From a bacterium (lineage in GTDB: Bacteria > Patescibacteriota > Minisyncoccia > Phycocordibacterales > Zambryskibacteraceae), in the NCBI GenBank assembly GCA_023266935.1, contig JAHFOF010000001.1, positions 103,830 through 147,750 on the forward strand: a stretch of 43,921 bases of DNA, in the 5' to 3' direction. The notes below the pieces were generated by a model that saw only the letters and a list, made by a program, of their open reading frames with translations, made no database searches and was not told the DNA's origin. Within the stretch, counting starts at the first letter, position 1. Each line of letters begins with the position of its first letter. A program made the position numbers and the translations under genes. Of this stretch, positions 1-9,177 are shown piece by piece.

Positions 1-438
1 ATCCTCTCGAGTCTCACGATCGGCAAGACGTCCGGCCAGCGCACCATCGCCAAGGCGACCAAGCTTTTCGGCTACATCGACCCCGATTTCAAGAATTGGG
101 GAACTGATGTGGAGAGCGAAGCTCATGGTGAGACCTCGGTCGAAGTTCGCGAACTCACGCAGGACGCCACTTTCATCCAGATGTTCGGTGACACCGGTCG
201 CCCGATGGACGACATGGTCCTCACTCAGGACCAAATCATCGAGTTCGTCGAGAAGCACCGTGAACATCTCCGCACCGACGGCTATGCCACCTTCTTCCTC
301 TTCAAGGCGAAGAACGAAGTCTTCGTCGCGAGCGTGCGCCGGGCTGGCGGCGGCGACCTCGGGGTGGACGTGGGCCGTTTCTCGGGCGGCTACGTCTGGT
401 ACAGCGGGCGTCGGCATCGCGTGGTGGTTCGCAACTGA
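1..438 (+). CDS. Hypothetical protein (5'-partial), putative DGR target with C-terminal variable-region-like segment
   Basis: Frame +1 is open from base 1 (ILSSLTIGKT...) to TGA at 436-438. GC-rich. The C-terminus FVASVRRAGGGDLGVDVGRFSGGYVWYSGRRHRVVVRN is encoded by an A-depleted stretch rich in NNC codons. Confidence 0.75.
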   Translation: MLSSLTIGKTSGQRTIAKATKLFGYIDPDFKNWGTDVESEAHGETSVEVRELTQDATFIQMFGDTGRPMDDMVLTQDQIIEFVEKHREHLRTDGYATFFLFKAKNEVFVASVRRAGGGDLGVDVGRFSGGYVWYSGRRHRVVVRN

Positions 439-475
439 ACCTAAGAACCTTGGGTCTAGAACCTTAGACCCAGAG

Positions 476-514
476 TCCCTTGGGCCCTTAACACGGCCCA
501 GGGGATTTTCTTTT
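476..514 (+). terminator. Hairpin/intrinsic terminator after first GC-rich gene
   Basis: TCCCTTGGGCC/GGCCCAGGGGA stem followed by TTTTCTTTT. A second hairpin TGGGTCTA/TAGACCCA lies just upstream (451-472). Confidence 0.7.
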
Positions 515-591
515 ATAAAATTTGTTTGACAACAAGGACTTGAATGTAGTAGTATTTACACACGCCGACGGGGCGTTTTTTAATACAATTT

Positions 592-774
592 ATGAATAGA
601 TTCATTAATTACATCAAGGATACACAAGGTGAACTTCATCATGTGTCTTGGCCAACTCGTAAACAAGCAATCGCCTTCACAGCGATAGTTATTTTGGTTT
701 CTTTCTTTACTGCTTTTTTTCTCGGATTCTTCGACTACATCTTTTCTCTTATTATTCAAAAGTTTGTTCTTTAA
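592..774 (+). CDS. secE: Preprotein translocase subunit SecE
   Basis: ELHHVSWPTRKQ motif plus one TM helix, directly upstream of nusG. Confidence 0.95.
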   Translation: MNRFINYIKDTQGELHHVSWPTRKQAIAFTAIVILVSFFTAFFLGFFDYIFSLIIQKFVL

Positions 775-783
775 TTTTCTAAG

Positions 784-1329
784 ATGACCAAGCAAAAAAT
801 CTCCGAAGGTAGACATTGGTATGTGATCCACACTTATGCTGGATATGAAAATGCTGTGATGAGAAATCTAAAACAACGCATCGAATCACTCGGGATGGAG
901 GACAAAATTTTTAATGTCATCGTTCCTACAGAAAAGAAAATTAAGATTAAAGGAGGCAAGCGTGTTGAAGAAGAAGAGAAGATTTATCCGGGTTATATCC
1001 TCGTGGACATGATCGTGACCGATGACTCTTGGTATGTAGTGCGCAACACTCCTCGAGTAACTGGGTTCGTCGGTTCTGGAGTTTATCCTGTGCCTATAGA
1101 ACAGAAAGAAGTTGATGTTTTGTTCGGTCGAATGAATGCAGACAAGGTCACTCATACCATTAACCTCGTACCAGACGATGGGATACTCATCATCGATGGT
1201 CCATTCAAGGATCTAGAAGGCAAGGTGAAAGAAGTTGATAGTGAAAGGGGCAAGGTCAAAGTGCTTGTCTCTATGTTCGGCAGGGAGACTCCTGTCGAAT
1301 TAGATTTTCTTCAAATAAAAAAAATCTAA
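784..1329 (+). CDS. nusG: Transcription termination/antitermination factor NusG
   Basis: WYVIHTYAGYEN, YPGYILVDM, VRNTPRVTGFVG and a KOW domain ending MFGRETPVELDF. Confidence 0.98.
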   Translation: MTKQKISEGRHWYVIHTYAGYENAVMRNLKQRIESLGMEDKIFNVIVPTEKKIKIKGGKRVEEEEKIYPGYILVDMIVTDDSWYVVRNTPRVTGFVGSGVYPVPIEQKEVDVLFGRMNADKVTHTINLVPDDGILIIDGPFKDLEGKVKEVDSERGKVKVLVSMFGRETPVELDFLQIKKI

Positions 1330-1335
1330 TTCGAC

Positions 1336-1375
1336 TAGTTGATAAGTTGGTTAGTTAGAAAGTTTATAAGTTAGA
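1336..1375 (+). repeat. Degenerate 8-bp tandem array (5 x WAGTTNNW)
   Basis: tagttgat aagttggt tagttaga aagtttat aagttaga. Confidence 0.75.
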
Positions 1376-1388
1376 AAGGCAAAATTTA

Positions 1389-1925
1389 ATGATTGAAATA
1401 ATCTTTGAAGCTCACGGAACCACTTATGACAATGAAGCCAAACTACCTTCTGGACATAATGATGTAGAGTTATCACCCTTGGGCATACAACAATCTAAGG
1501 AAATGGGTGAAAGATACAAAAACGATTATTTCGATGCAATTTTTTGTTCAGATCTTCAAAGAGCTTATAAAAGCGCAGAAATTGGATTTAAAAATAAGTG
1601 GCCGATTATAAGAGACGCACGATTAAGAGAATGTAATTATGGTGAATACACCCAAAACCCGAGTGTGTGGAGAGAAGACGAAAAGATTCATAGAATAAAG
1701 GAGTCATTTCCAAAAGGCGAATCCTATATCCAAACAACGGCGAGAATGAGGGGTTTTCTTGAAGACTTAATCAAGAATTATGAAGGGAAAAAAGTAATGA
1801 TTATTGGGCATAGGGCAACTCAATATGGGCTAGAGAATCTTGTTAATAAAGTTCCTTTAGAACAAATAATTTCTGCCCCATGGAAATGGCAACCAGGATG
1901 GAAATATAATTTTGAGAAACTTTAA
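1389..1925 (+). CDS. Histidine phosphatase (phosphoglycerate mutase-like) family protein
   Basis: EAHGTT (variant RHG motif), SDLQRA, LRECNYG, IIGH. Confidence 0.85.
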   Translation: MIEIIFEAHGTTYDNEAKLPSGHNDVELSPLGIQQSKEMGERYKNDYFDAIFCSDLQRAYKSAEIGFKNKWPIIRDARLRECNYGEYTQNPSVWREDEKIHRIKESFPKGESYIQTTARMRGFLEDLIKNYEGKKVMIIGHRATQYGLENLVNKVPLEQIISAPWKWQPGWKYNFEKL

Positions 1926-1931
1926 AAATTT

Positions 1932-2300
1932 ATGACCACTGGGCTAGAAAATTTGAAAGTTTATCAAATGACCGAAGCTTTGGAAGTAGAGGTTTATAAG
2001 ATTCTAAAAGAATTTCCTAAAGAAGAAATCTATGGGAGTGTTGATCAGATAAAAAGATCTTCATCCTCAGTTTCAAATAATATTGCGGAGGGTTATGGAA
2101 GATATAGCTTTGCTGAGAAAATTCGTTATATGTATATAGCAAAAGGGGAAGCCGAAGAAACAAAGAGAAATATTATCCGCTCGAGTAAAAAGGGATTATT
2201 GTCGGTTAATGTTGCAAATAAGCTCTCTGATATGTATACTGACCTTCTAAAAGCAATAAGTGGTTATATTAGATTTCTAAAGGATAAATCAACGAAATAA
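1932..2300 (+). CDS. Four-helix-bundle protein (23S rRNA IVP / Avd-like family)
   Basis: LENLKVYQ, FPKEEIYG, QIKRSSSSVSNNIAEGYGR, YIAKGEAEET are typical of this family. Confidence 0.9.
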   Translation: MTTGLENLKVYQMTEALEVEVYKILKEFPKEEIYGSVDQIKRSSSSVSNNIAEGYGRYSFAEKIRYMYIAKGEAEETKRNIIRSSKKGLLSVNVANKLSDMYTDLLKAISGYIRFLKDKSTK

Positions 2301-2344
2301 CGAATCAAACTTAGCAACTTATTAACTTTCCAACTTCTTAACTA
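2288..2344 (+). repeat. Degenerate 8-bp tandem array (about 7 x NNNAACTW), inverted relative to 1336-1375
   Basis: atcaacga aataacga atcaaactt agcaactt attaactt tccaactt cttaacta. Confidence 0.75.
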
Positions 2345-2350
2345 TTTATT

Positions 2351-2773
2351 ATGGCCAAGAAAATAACCAAAATTCTCAAACTTCAAATCCCCGGAGGCAA
2401 AGCGGTGCCTGGTCAGGCGCTCGGTCCGGTCCTCGGAGGTGCAGGTATAAACATCGGTGAATTCGTGAAGCGTTTTAATGATGAGACCAAGGATCGAATT
2501 GGAGAAACAGTACCCACCATCGTCGAAGTATATGAAGATCGAACATATCATTTGATTTACAAAACCGAACCAGCAGCAAATTTGATATTGAAAATGCTTA
2601 ATAAAGAAAAGGGTTCGGGTAAACCTAATACTGAAAAGATTGGCTCGCTCTCAAAATCTCAAGTGAAGCAAATCGCTGAAAAGAAAATGGTGGATTTGAA
2701 TGCGAATGACATAAATGCAGCGATGAAAATCATCGAAGGCACCGCAAGGAGCATGGGTGTTGATGTGAAATAA
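2351..2773 (+). CDS. rplK: 50S ribosomal protein L11
   Basis: KLQIPGGKAVPGQALGPVLG, IIEGTARSMGV. Confidence 0.97.
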   Translation: MAKKITKILKLQIPGGKAVPGQALGPVLGGAGINIGEFVKRFNDETKDRIGETVPTIVEVYEDRTYHLIYKTEPAANLILKMLNKEKGSGKPNTEKIGSLSKSQVKQIAEKKMVDLNANDINAAMKIIEGTARSMGVDVK

Positions 2774-2777
2774 GTCA

Positions 2778-2801
2778 GAAAGCTCCGAGAGGGGCTTTTT
2801 T
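2778..2801 (+). terminator. Intrinsic terminator after rplK
   Basis: AAAGCTCC-GAGA-GGGGCTTT stem-loop followed by a T-tract. Confidence 0.7.
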
Positions 2802-2832
2802 GTTTGTTCGGCATTTCGGGTATGATGAAAGT

Positions 2833-4416
2833 ATGAAAACGACTATAGAAAACCTAGTCAAAAAGGCTCTGGAGAGCGTCGGGGTGTCAGAGGCGAGGTT
2901 TACTGTGGAACACCCAACCAACCTTACCTTTGGAGATTATACGACCAATGCAGGGATTGTCTCGAAGAAAGCACCCGAGCTTTTGGCTTATCTTGAAGAT
3001 CATAAACCAGAGGGAGTAGAAAAAATTGAAATCAAATCAGGTTTTATAAATTTTTATTTGACCAAAGAATTTTTTAAGGAAAGTATCGGAGAGATAATAG
3101 AGAGGGGAAGTGAATTTGGGAAGAATAAAAATCTAAAAGGTCAGAAAACAATCGTTGAATACACTGATCCGAATCCATTCAAAGAATTTCATATCGGACA
3201 CCTGATGAGCAATGCGATAGGAGAATCTATCGCACGAATTTCTGAATGGAATGGCGCGGAAGTGATGAAAGCTTGCTATCAAGGAGATGTGGGGATGCAT
3301 GTGGCCAAGGCTTTATGGAAGGATGATTATGCTTTAGGTTCAAAAGCCTATGAAGAAGATGAGCAAGCCAAGAAGGAAATTCAAGATATAAACAAAAAGA
3401 TATATGAAAAATCTGACCCAGAATTGAATAAAAAATATGAAGAAGGCAAAGAAAGGTCTTTAGAAGAATTTGAAAAGATTTATAAAAAGCTCGGCACCAA
3501 GTTTGATTTTAATTTTTTTGAAAGCGAAGTAGCAGACTTTGGTAAAAAATTAGTTGAAGAGAATACTGGGGAGATATTTGAAAAGGGTGAAGGCGGGGCA
3601 GTGATTTTCAATGCAGAGAAGTTTGATAAGTATCTACATATCCGAGTGTTTATAAACTCCGAAGGACTTCCAACGTATGAAGCGAAGGAGCTCGGTTTGG
3701 CTAAATATAAATTTGAAAAATATCCATACGATAAATCGATTGTGATAACAGGAAACGAAGTGAACGATTATTTCAAAGTTTTACTTTGTGCCCTTGGGCA
3801 AATTTATCCAGAACTAGCACAAAAAACAGAACATTTATCTCATGGGATGCTTCGTTTAACTACAGGCAAGATGAGTTCGAGGACAGGAGAAGTGATCACA
3901 GCAGAGTCACTCATAGAAACAGTGAAGGAGAAAGTGAAAGGGGATGAACAAGTGGCCATCGGAGCGATTAAATATATGATTCTTAGACAATCTATAGGGA
4001 ACGATATTATTTTTGATATAGAGAAATCTGTTTCTACAGAAGGTGACTCAGGAGTTTATCTTCAATATGCATATGTTAGAGCAAAATCTGTCACAGAAAA
4101 AGGAAGATTAATTATTCGTGACTTTGATTTATTAAAAGAGTCCACATCACAACAGGATCAAACTTTGTTAGAAAAAATATTATATAGATTTCCAGAGATT
4201 GTTTTGAGAGCGTGCGACGATCTTTCTCCAAACTATTTGGTTACTTATCTAACTGAAGTTTCTTCTGCTTTTAATAATTTTTATGCAACCACTCAAATAA
4301 TTAATCCGAACGATGTTCCAGAAAGTTATCATAGACTTGCTTTATCTAAAGCAACAGAAATAGTACTCAAAAACGGTCTAGATATTCTCGGCATTCCAGC
4401 ACCAGAGAGGATGTAA
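2833..4416 (+). CDS. argS: Arginine--tRNA ligase
   Basis: VEYTDPNPFKEFHIGH, KMSSRTG, GDSGVYLQYAYVR, ends PERM. ATG 2833 is preferred over the upstream TTG. Confidence 0.96.
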   Translation: MKTTIENLVKKALESVGVSEARFTVEHPTNLTFGDYTTNAGIVSKKAPELLAYLEDHKPEGVEKIEIKSGFINFYLTKEFFKESIGEIIERGSEFGKNKNLKGQKTIVEYTDPNPFKEFHIGHLMSNAIGESIARISEWNGAEVMKACYQGDVGMHVAKALWKDDYALGSKAYEEDEQAKKEIQDINKKIYEKSDPELNKKYEEGKERSLEEFEKIYKKLGTKFDFNFFESEVADFGKKLVEENTGEIFEKGEGGAVIFNAEKFDKYLHIRVFINSEGLPTYEAKELGLAKYKFEKYPYDKSIVITGNEVNDYFKVLLCALGQIYPELAQKTEHLSHGMLRLTTGKMSSRTGEVITAESLIETVKEKVKGDEQVAIGAIKYMILRQSIGNDIIFDIEKSVSTEGDSGVYLQYAYVRAKSVTEKGRLIIRDFDLLKESTSQQDQTLLEKILYRFPEIVLRACDDLSPNYLVTYLTEVSSAFNNFYATTQIINPNDVPESYHRLALSKATEIVLKNGLDILGIPAPERM

Positions 4417-4423
4417 TGTGTTC

Positions 4424-4452
4424 TTGACAAATAGTTTGTTTGGGTGTATAAT
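4424..4452 (+). promoter_or_regulatory. Consensus sigma70 promoter
   Basis: TTGACA-17 nt-TATAAT. Confidence 0.85.
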
Positions 4453-4531
4453 ATAAAGGAATAGAGTTCTTTACTATTCATCCCGCCTCGGGTGAGAGGA
4501 TTCAATGGGTAATGGAGCCCAAGGAGAAACA

Positions 4532-5098
4532 ATGGCTTGGATGACTCAGGATTGGACGATGGGGCAGTTGAACGCTCTCGTCAAGAAGATCGGCGAGAAG
4601 AACGCCCATGCGATTCTCGGAGACAAGGTGAAGTTTTCGATCGTGTTTGAGACGGTTGCTTCAACCCTCCTCACCCTTCTCCGCACGGTGAGGATGCCTG
4701 CCCAACCGGCAGTCACCACCTCGAAGCAGTATTTTGCAGAAGCTGGGGCCAAGTGGTTCGGGAACAATTTTGAGAGCCAGTTCCTTGGCCTCGAAGTTCC
4801 CGTCACCGATGTGGCCGAGCTTGCTGTAAGGAAGCTCGAGCAGTCGTCACTCGATGCTCCCATCCTCACCGAGCTGGGGGACAAGGCGGAAACATCGGTA
4901 TCCCAATTCAAGCAGTTCCTTGCGGACAACCGCGGGAGCACCGAGTGGTTCATCTTTTACCTTCGTGGTAAGGATGGTCGACTCTGGGCTGTGTCGGCGA
5001 GCTGGGTCGCCGACGGCGGCGGTTGGTACTTGGGCGCGCGCTCCGTCGAGAGTCCGGGCAGGGGGGGTGCGGGCGACCGGGTGGTTTCTCGCAACTGA
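4532..5098 (+). CDS. Hypothetical protein, putative DGR target
   Basis: AAGGAG SD before ATG 4532. GC-rich. The C-terminus LWAVSASWVADGGGWYLGARSVESPGRGGAGDRVVSRN is A-depleted and ends TCGCAACTGA. Confidence 0.75.
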   Translation: MAWMTQDWTMGQLNALVKKIGEKNAHAILGDKVKFSIVFETVASTLLTLLRTVRMPAQPAVTTSKQYFAEAGAKWFGNNFESQFLGLEVPVTDVAELAVRKLEQSSLDAPILTELGDKAETSVSQFKQFLADNRGSTEWFIFYLRGKDGRLWAVSASWVADGGGWYLGARSVESPGRGGAGDRVVSRN

Positions 5099-5162
5099 CC
5101 CTTTGACCTCGCCTTGCCCCGCCGTTAGGACGGGGTAAAGCGAGAGACCCTAAGAAGGTCAC

Positions 5163-5190
5163 AGAGCGCTTCGCAAGGAGCGCTCTTTTT
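5163..5190 (+). terminator. Intrinsic terminator
   Basis: AGAGCGCT/AGCGCTCT stem followed by TTTT. Confidence 0.8.
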
Positions 5191-5230
5191 CTTTGGCAAA
5201 AATTGTTTGAAATGCTAAGATTCAAGAACA

Positions 5231-8200
5231 ATGCCTGAAGATAAAGGGCCAACTACCGAAAGTAGGCAAAACAATAGTCGTTCCCAAAGAGAAGAAAAAA
5301 TACTTCAATTTTGGAAAGACCGTAATATATTTCAAAAAACTCTTGAGAAGAAATCTTCGGCAGGTGACTTTATTTTCTTCGAAGGCCCCCCAACAGCGAA
5401 CGGCAAGCCGGGCATTCATCATCTCGAAGCGCGAGCTTTTAAGGATGTTATCCCTCGATACAAAACCATGCGTGGATACCACGTGAACAGAAAAGCTGGT
5501 TGGGATACTCATGGACTCCCAGTAGAAATTCAAGCAGAAAAAACTCTAGGTTTAAAATCCAAGAAAGAAATAGAAGAATTCGGCGTAGCCAAGTTTAATG
5601 CTGAATGTAAAAGAAGCGTGGGGGAATACATTGATTTGTGGAGGGACTTTACTCGACGCATCGGGTATTGGGTGAACATGGATGATGCGTATTTTACTTA
5701 TCATAATTCATACATTGAATCTGTTTGGAAAATTTTGGCTCATGTCGAAAAGAGAAAACTTTTATACAAAGATTATAAAGTGGTTCCTTGGTGTCCGAGG
5801 TGTGGGACTGGACTTTCTTCTCATGAACTCGCTCAAGGTTATCAAGATGTGAAGGATCTATCACTTTATGTGAAGTTTAAAATTATTGGTTTTCCTGACG
5901 CATATTTCCTCGCCTGGACTACTACACCTTGGACGCTTCCGGGTAATGTTGGTTTGGCTGTTGGGCCAGAGATAGATTATGTAGAAATAAAAGTTGGTGG
6001 AGAAATTTTGGTCTTGGCCAAGAATAAACTCTCAGTTATCACCGAGCCTTATGAAATAGTCGCCGAACACAAAGGCAGTGAGATGGTCGGGATGTCTTAT
6101 GAACCGCTTTATCCGTTTATAAAAGACCTGCCTGCCGGCAAGGCAGGCGAAACAGGCAAGGGTTTTAAAGTTTATCCTGCGGACTTTGTGACTACCGAAG
6201 ATGGGACGGGGATTGTACACACAGCGGTGATGTATGGACAAGAAGATTTTGATTTAGGAAACAAAGTTGGATTGCCAAAGGTACATTTGGTCAATCCGGA
6301 TGGGACCTTTATGAAAGGTACAGATTGGCTCGAAGGCCGTTCGGTCGTAGATGAAACTCTGGCTGTAGAAATTCTGAAAGATTTACAAAACAGAGGACTT
6401 TTATTCGGCAAAGAGAACTACAACCACTCTTATCCATTCTGTTGGAGATGTAATACTCGATTAATCTATTATGCTCGCGACTCTTGGTATATAGGGATGT
6501 CCAAACTTCGAGATGAATTGGTGAAAGAAAATGAAAAGATAAATTGGGAACCAGAATATATAAAAGAAGGTCGTTTCGGTGAATGGCTCCGAGAGGTCAA
6601 GGACTGGGCGATTAGTCGAGAGAGGTTTTGGGGTACTCCTCTTCCTGTTTGGCAATCAGAAAGTGGAGATAGATTGGTCGTGGACTCTATTGAGACTCTA
6701 AAAAAATATTCAAAAACCAACAAAAATCGTTTTATAGGTATGAGACATGGTGAGGCTGGTCATAATGTGTCGTATATTTGTAGTGCCTCGGTAGATTTTC
6801 CTGATCATTTAACTGAAAAAGGTAAAAAAGAAGTTATAGAATCGGCCGTAAAACTCAAAAAAGAGGGAATCACAAAAATTATCACCTCTCCTTTTGTTAG
6901 GGCGAGAGAAACGGCTGAATTAGTAGCTAAAGAAATCGGATTGCCGATTGAACAGATTATCCTCGATGAACGAATTCGTGAATATGGATTTGGTATTTTC
7001 GACCAGCAATCACGTAAACTTTATGACAAGTGGCGCCTAGAAAATAATTCTATTGAAGCAAAACCAAATGACGGAGAATCTGTTGGAGAAGCCAAAATGA
7101 GATTCGCAGATTTCTTTTATGAAACAGAAAAAAAATATAAAAATGAAGTAATTCTTTTTGTGTCTCATGGTATAGGATTTGAAGTGATACCCCCAATCCT
7201 TAGTGGATATAATAAACAAGAAACGTGGGATAAATGGGAATCAAATCCCTTGTACTATGGACAGACAAAAGAATATTCTTTTATTTCTCTACCCCACAAC
7301 GAAAATTATGAACTCGACCTTCATAAACCATTTATTGATGAAATTGAACTAGAGAAAGACGGCAAGGTATATAAGAGGGTGAAGGAAGTCATGGATGTTT
7401 GGTTTGATTCTGGTTCGGTACCATTTTCTCAAGATCCAAAAGCAGAATTTAAACCCGCGGACTTCATCTCTGAAGCCATAGACCAAACTCGCGGTTGGTT
7501 TTATACCCTGCACGCCATAGGTGTTTTAATGGAGAAGGGTAAAGTATTCAAAAATGTGATTTGTCTCGGGCTTTTGATGGATAAAGATGGCAAAAAGATG
7601 AGTAAATCTGTGGGCAATGTGGTTGACCCTTTAGAAATGATAGAAAAATACGGTGCTGATACTCTTCGTATGTGGATGTATTCAGTCAATCAACCCGGAG
7701 ATTCAAAAAATTTTGATGAGAAGACTGTGGATGAGATAAACCGCAAGGTCTTTAATCTTTTGGACAATGTTTATGCTTTCTATGAACTATATAGGGATAA
7801 AAATATAGAGGTCAAAGGTAAAAAGATAAAAAGTGAAAACATTTTAGATCAATGGATTATGGTTAGGCTCGAAGAACTTATAAATACAATGTCGACCAAA
7901 TTAGATTCATATAAACTCCTTGAACCAACACGAGCCATTAGAGATTTTATGGACGATTTGTCTACTTGGTATCTCCGTCGCTCCAGAGATAGATTAAAGG
8001 ATGAAGCAGCAAACCCCGCCGAGCTGGCCGGGGCAAGGGAAACTTTGTACTTTGTTTTAAAAACAGTTTCAAAACTGCTCGCCCCGTTCGCTCCATTTTC
8101 AGCCGAAGATTTGTATCAAAAACTGCGAACAGAGTCCGATCCGGAGAGTGTTCACCTAGAAACATGGCCAGAAAAACAAAAAGACTCTATTTTCTCTTTT

Positions 8201-8605
8201 CTACATAAAAAATCTGCAGTGACAGAGAACATGAAGAGAACCAGAGAGATTGTAACTCAAGCTCTCGAAGCTCGTTCGAAGGCAAACATAAAGGTTCGTC
8301 AACCACTTGCCTCGCTTTCTGTTAAACTCGACGGTGCTTATTTGGATTTAATAAAAGATGAAGTAAATGTGAAAGTGGTTATGGACAAAAATATTGAAGG
8401 AGTAGAACTCGACACAAAGCTTTCTCCAGAGTTGATTGAGGAGGGCAAAGTTAGGGACATCATCAGAGTGATTCAAGAAATGAGAAAAGAGAAAAATCTG
8501 AAGCCAACAGACAAAATCGATTATCAAATTCCTGAAACAGACAGAGAGTTGGCTTTAAAAAACAAAAAACAAATAGAAGAAGTGACAAATGTGAACCTCG
8601 TTTAG
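5231..8605 (+). CDS. ileS: Isoleucine--tRNA ligase (type 2) with inserted histidine-phosphatase domain
   Basis: EGPPTANGKPGIHH, GWDTHGLPVE, WTTTPWTLPGN, DWAISRERFWGTP, KMSKS. An RHGE...SHG insert spans about 6720-7300. Confidence 0.95.
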   Translation: MPEDKGPTTESRQNNSRSQREEKILQFWKDRNIFQKTLEKKSSAGDFIFFEGPPTANGKPGIHHLEARAFKDVIPRYKTMRGYHVNRKAGWDTHGLPVEIQAEKTLGLKSKKEIEEFGVAKFNAECKRSVGEYIDLWRDFTRRIGYWVNMDDAYFTYHNSYIESVWKILAHVEKRKLLYKDYKVVPWCPRCGTGLSSHELAQGYQDVKDLSLYVKFKIIGFPDAYFLAWTTTPWTLPGNVGLAVGPEIDYVEIKVGGEILVLAKNKLSVITEPYEIVAEHKGSEMVGMSYEPLYPFIKDLPAGKAGETGKGFKVYPADFVTTEDGTGIVHTAVMYGQEDFDLGNKVGLPKVHLVNPDGTFMKGTDWLEGRSVVDETLAVEILKDLQNRGLLFGKENYNHSYPFCWRCNTRLIYYARDSWYIGMSKLRDELVKENEKINWEPEYIKEGRFGEWLREVKDWAISRERFWGTPLPVWQSESGDRLVVDSIETLKKYSKTNKNRFIGMRHGEAGHNVSYICSASVDFPDHLTEKGKKEVIESAVKLKKEGITKIITSPFVRARETAELVAKEIGLPIEQIILDERIREYGFGIFDQQSRKLYDKWRLENNSIEAKPNDGESVGEAKMRFADFFYETEKKYKNEVILFVSHGIGFEVIPPILSGYNKQETWDKWESNPLYYGQTKEYSFISLPHNENYELDLHKPFIDEIELEKDGKVYKRVKEVMDVWFDSGSVPFSQDPKAEFKPADFISEAIDQTRGWFYTLHAIGVLMEKGKVFKNVICLGLLMDKDGKKMSKSVGNVVDPLEMIEKYGADTLRMWMYSVNQPGDSKNFDEKTVDEINRKVFNLLDNVYAFYELYRDKNIEVKGKKIKSENILDQWIMVRLEELINTMSTKLDSYKLLEPTRAIRDFMDDLSTWYLRRSRDRLKDEAANPAELAGARETLYFVLKTVSKLLAPFAPFSAEDLYQKLRTESDPESVHLETWPEKQKDSIFSFLHKKSAVTENMKRTREIVTQALEARSKANIKVRQPLASLSVKLDGAYLDLIKDEVNVKVVMDKNIEGVELDTKLSPELIEEGKVRDIIRVIQEMRKEKNLKPTDKIDYQIPETDRELALKNKKQIEEVTNVNLV
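6127..6147. repeat. Short palindromic element (family A) in-frame in ileS
   Basis: CCTGCCTGCCGGCAAGGCAGG, encodes LPAGKAG. Near-identical to 37896-37915 and 42501-42520. Confidence 0.8.
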
Positions 8606-9112
8606 ATGTCATACACTATTCACACCACCAAAGGTTTGGTCATGTCGCAGAGAGCTTTGCGAGAAGCAGATAGGGTGTATTCAATCTTGACCGAAGAACT
8701 CGGACTCGTTCGAGCCACAGCGACGGGAGTAAGGAAAGGGCACTCCAAACTTCGCGGACTGCTTGAACCACTCTCGCTCTCATCTGTTTCTCTTGTTCGA
8801 GGTAAAGAATTTTGGAGAATCACTTCCTCAGAATTAATAAAAAAAATTGATTCAAGTGAAGAAATATTGAGGCCTCTTGCTCTCCTTGAAAAGCTTGTCC
8901 AGGGTGAAGCCCCGAATCCAGAATTGTTTAAGGCGGTAGAGAAAATAATTTTAGATAAAGAAAAGCACGGAGAGACATTTGAAATTCACTTTGTGGCTCA
9001 CATTCTCTTTCATCTGGGGTATTTGAAAGAAGGGGATTTGGTCTTACCCAAAAAAGAGATGATTAAAGCTATAAATCAAGGGTTAGAAGCGAGTCAGTTG
9101 ACAAACAGCTAA
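8606..9112 (+). CDS. recO: DNA repair protein RecO (short form)
   Basis: N-terminal OB-fold pattern READRVYSILTEELGLVRATATGVRKGHSKLRGLLEP. Confidence 0.85.
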   Translation: MSYTIHTTKGLVMSQRALREADRVYSILTEELGLVRATATGVRKGHSKLRGLLEPLSLSSVSLVRGKEFWRITSSELIKKIDSSEEILRPLALLEKLVQGEAPNPELFKAVEKIILDKEKHGETFEIHFVAHILFHLGYLKEGDLVLPKKEMIKAINQGLEASQLTNS

Positions 9113-9126
9113 TTTAGGTATATACT
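9098..9126 (+). promoter_or_regulatory. Sigma70 promoter overlapping recO end
   Basis: TTGACA-17 nt-TATACT. Confidence 0.8.
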
Positions 9127-9177
9127 ATAAGTAGTCAGAGGTTCTTTTAGGACCACTTGAAATCAAAGGACAAAGCC

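Noticed and set aside
107-529. Alternative-frame and antisense ORFs over the GC-rich genes (107-529, 4854-5138, 9163-9642, 35503-35946 etc.)
   Set aside because: These are shadow ORFs caused by GC-rich, stop-poor codon usage; the SD-bearing frames are better supported.
1336-2344. CRISPR array
   Set aside because: Units are 8-nt degenerate tandem repeats with no spacers, and there are no cas genes.
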